Shown: positions 22,103 to 24,275 of the stretch, in pieces
Layout: every line of letters begins with the position of its first letter
Position numbering within the stretch: the stretch's first letter is position 1
Assembly (NCBI RefSeq): GCF_006345805.1
Contig: NW_021836467.1
Span: 1-24,275, forward strand
Direction: 5' to 3'
Length of the DNA stretch: 24,275 nt
Source of the DNA: Octopus sinensis
Taxonomy: Eukaryota
Notes under the pieces: model-generated
Told to the model about the DNA's origin: nothing
What the model saw: only the letters and a program-made list of their open reading frames with translations
Databases searched by the model: none
Made by a program: the position numbers and the translations under genes

Positions 22103-22651
22103 CTGTGTGAGAACCCCTGAAATTGTCGCCATTCTGTTTGTGGTGATTGTGGTGGTGGTGGTGGTGGTAGTGATCGTCTTTGCAATTATAATGGAGTTTG
22201 CGTTTATTTCAAGGAAACTCGCTTTTGTACTGTTCTCTTCGTTATACTTGATCTAGTAAGATTTCATTTTCTTGTTGTAGCGATGGTTGTGAAAGTCGTT
22301 CAACCAGTTGTAGTTGCTTTAACAGAATTTCTTGCTGTGACTGCCTCAAAAGAAACTATTCTTTCGTTGTGCTTGGCGTTTTCGTCTCTGTTGTGATTTT
22401 TTAAATATAACATGTCGTTGCTGTTGCCACAGCGAAAGCTGGAAATTGCAGTTGTTGTTGTTGTTGTTGTTGTGATGATCCAAAGGCAGGTTTTGTTGTT
22501 GTTGTAGTCTGACAAGAATCTGTTCTTTGTTATGTTATTGTGATTAATTCATCAAAATTCGCGGTTGGTGCTGCTCCAGTGAACCTCAGATTCTGTTGTT
22601 GACGTTTGCCTCGGGAGATTTTGCCATCCTCATTGTTAACGATTTAACCCG

Positions 22652-22656
<5 letters not shown>

Positions 22657-22709
<53 letters not shown>

Positions 22710-22717
22710 TAGTAGTA

Positions 22718-22752
<35 letters not shown>
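22657..22752. repeat. (AGC)12 followed by (AGT)n
   Basis: Directly visible. It lies in a broader zone of decayed GTT/GGT repeats (about 22140-22510). Confidence 0.97.
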
Positions 22753-23336
22753 ATTTTTGCTGTTGTAGTTGTCTTACCCCACCAAAGCCCCGTCGGCTTT
22801 GTTTTCGTGCATAATTACTTCTTTTGCTCGAAAAGAATTCATTTTATAAATTACCAATGAAATTTGTTTTCGTTGTCATGGATATCTCTATAGAATTATT
22901 TTTGTTTGTGCTATACGTTTCCCATGGGTGCTCGCCATGTCGTTATTGCCACAATACAAGAATTTTAATGCTATTGTGAAAGTTGTGGTTAACTCATTTA
23001 ATGTTGTTTTAGCATTTATATCATTTGGTGTGATTGTCTCAATTCATGTTGTAATTGATGCTTCAATTTATAACATGTTTCTAATCCTTTTGGTTGCTTT
23101 CTTCTTGTGACTGACAACAATGTTGTTGCTCTCATGATTGCCACGGCTGATGTTCTCTCTTCCACTTATGCTGCGTGTGTCTCAATCGACGTTGTTACTC
23201 GCATCGCTTCAATACATAGGTCCATTGATGCAACTTGCATTGAAAGTAACAGAATCGCTTCAACTGAACCTGAGCTGAAAATCCATTCTTCTAGAAAAGT
23301 TTGAATATGGAGACTACAAATCTCGTTCTGAATGTA

Positions 23337-23902
23337 TTGGATTGTCCGGAAAGTTCGTGCCGATTTATAGTAGCTTACCGTTCGACTTATTTTTGAACAT
23401 GGTTGTGTCCATAGAATTAGATTTGACTACACCTCCATTTAGAACACAGTTTAAGCTATATTTTTGTGGAAGAAGGTTTATGTTAAATTTGCGTTAAATT
23501 TGCGTTAAATTTGCAACCCTTTAAAATGGAAGATAAGAAAGTTCATTTTCGGCAGTTGAGGCTTTGGGAACCAGAAAAAAATTACTGCAGCTCGGCTGGG
23601 ATGTGTTACCCAACCCTCCATATTTACGAGTTATTGTTCCTTCGGATTTCCACTTATTCATGCAGGTCTCTGCAGAATAGTCTTAATGGAAAATGTTTCA
23701 ATTCCTCGGATGATGTAAAAAGATACCTTGATGAATTCTATACCATGAAACCACCTCAATTCTGGGAAGAGGGTATTTTTAAGTTAAAGGAAAGATGGAG
23801 ATAAAATGGTTCATATTTGTTTAATTAAAAATGTAATGTCAAGTATATATTGACCATTTTTCTTTCCTTTAAAAATCGGCACGAACTTTCCGGACAACCC
23901 AA
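23337..23902 (+). mobile_element. internally deleted non-autonomous mariner (566 bp)
   Basis: 30-bp TIRs ttggattgtccggaaagttcgtgccgattt (23337-23366) and aaatcggcacgaactttccggacaacccaa (23873-23902), one mismatch, with TA on the left. The N-terminus MEDKKVHFRQLRLWE is joined to the C-terminal KKLLQLGWDVLPNPPY..IVPSDFHLF/RSLQNSLNGKCF..FWEEGIFKLKERWR. Confidence 0.95.
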
Positions 23903-24275
23903 TTGTTCTTTCGCGAAAACGTCCATTGAGTCCTCAAGAAATTGTAATATCGCCAATTAAAGATGTTTCAGGGGATAACTGTATTACTTGAAAAACAATC
24001 ACATTATCCCTTCTAGTGGTGTTGTTGCCGTTGTTATTGTTGCTGTTATCATTGATATTGAAATGATAATGTTGTTCGTCTTCCTGAGCGTGTTGTTTCC
24101 GTCAACCTTGCGGTACATTTCCGGTTCATATTTAGCTTTCCAGCTTATCCGTAGTTTTTGTGATGCTGCTGTATATTAGATTGGCTTTGTTCTCTTTTTC
24201 ATAGCTTTCGTGTCGTTGTTGTTGTTCTTGTTGTAATTTTTGCTTTCTGATAATGTTGTTATCGATTTCGTGTCG

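Noticed and set aside
22110-24275. GTT/AGT-rich end mirroring the CAA/CTA-rich start of the window
   Set aside because: Generic decayed trinucleotide repeats in opposite orientation, with no unique-sequence inverted homology.

Overview
AT-rich eukaryotic DNA dense in microsatellites. The SINE, mariner and microsatellite make-up looks like an Octopus (cephalopod) intronic or intergenic region; this is recognition from memory, not a database result. I found no intact host gene, and nearly all listed ORFs are microsatellite artefacts. The window is mostly decayed mobile elements: two tRNA-derived SINE families (about 8 copies or fragments), a piggyBac relic, two mariner remnants, a fold-back MITE built from two mariner 3' ends, a maT/DD37D-like fragment, a Tc1-family 5' end with paired direct repeats, and tentative Ginger-like and LINE remnants. 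The most interesting signal is a set of short non-coding elements inside (TA)n tracts (21153-21360, 5613-5982, possibly about 3160-3332). Each carries a minimal type I hammerhead-ribozyme fold on the minus strand, as known from Penelope pseudo-LTRs and retrozymes, one of them with a non-canonical CUGUUGA core.
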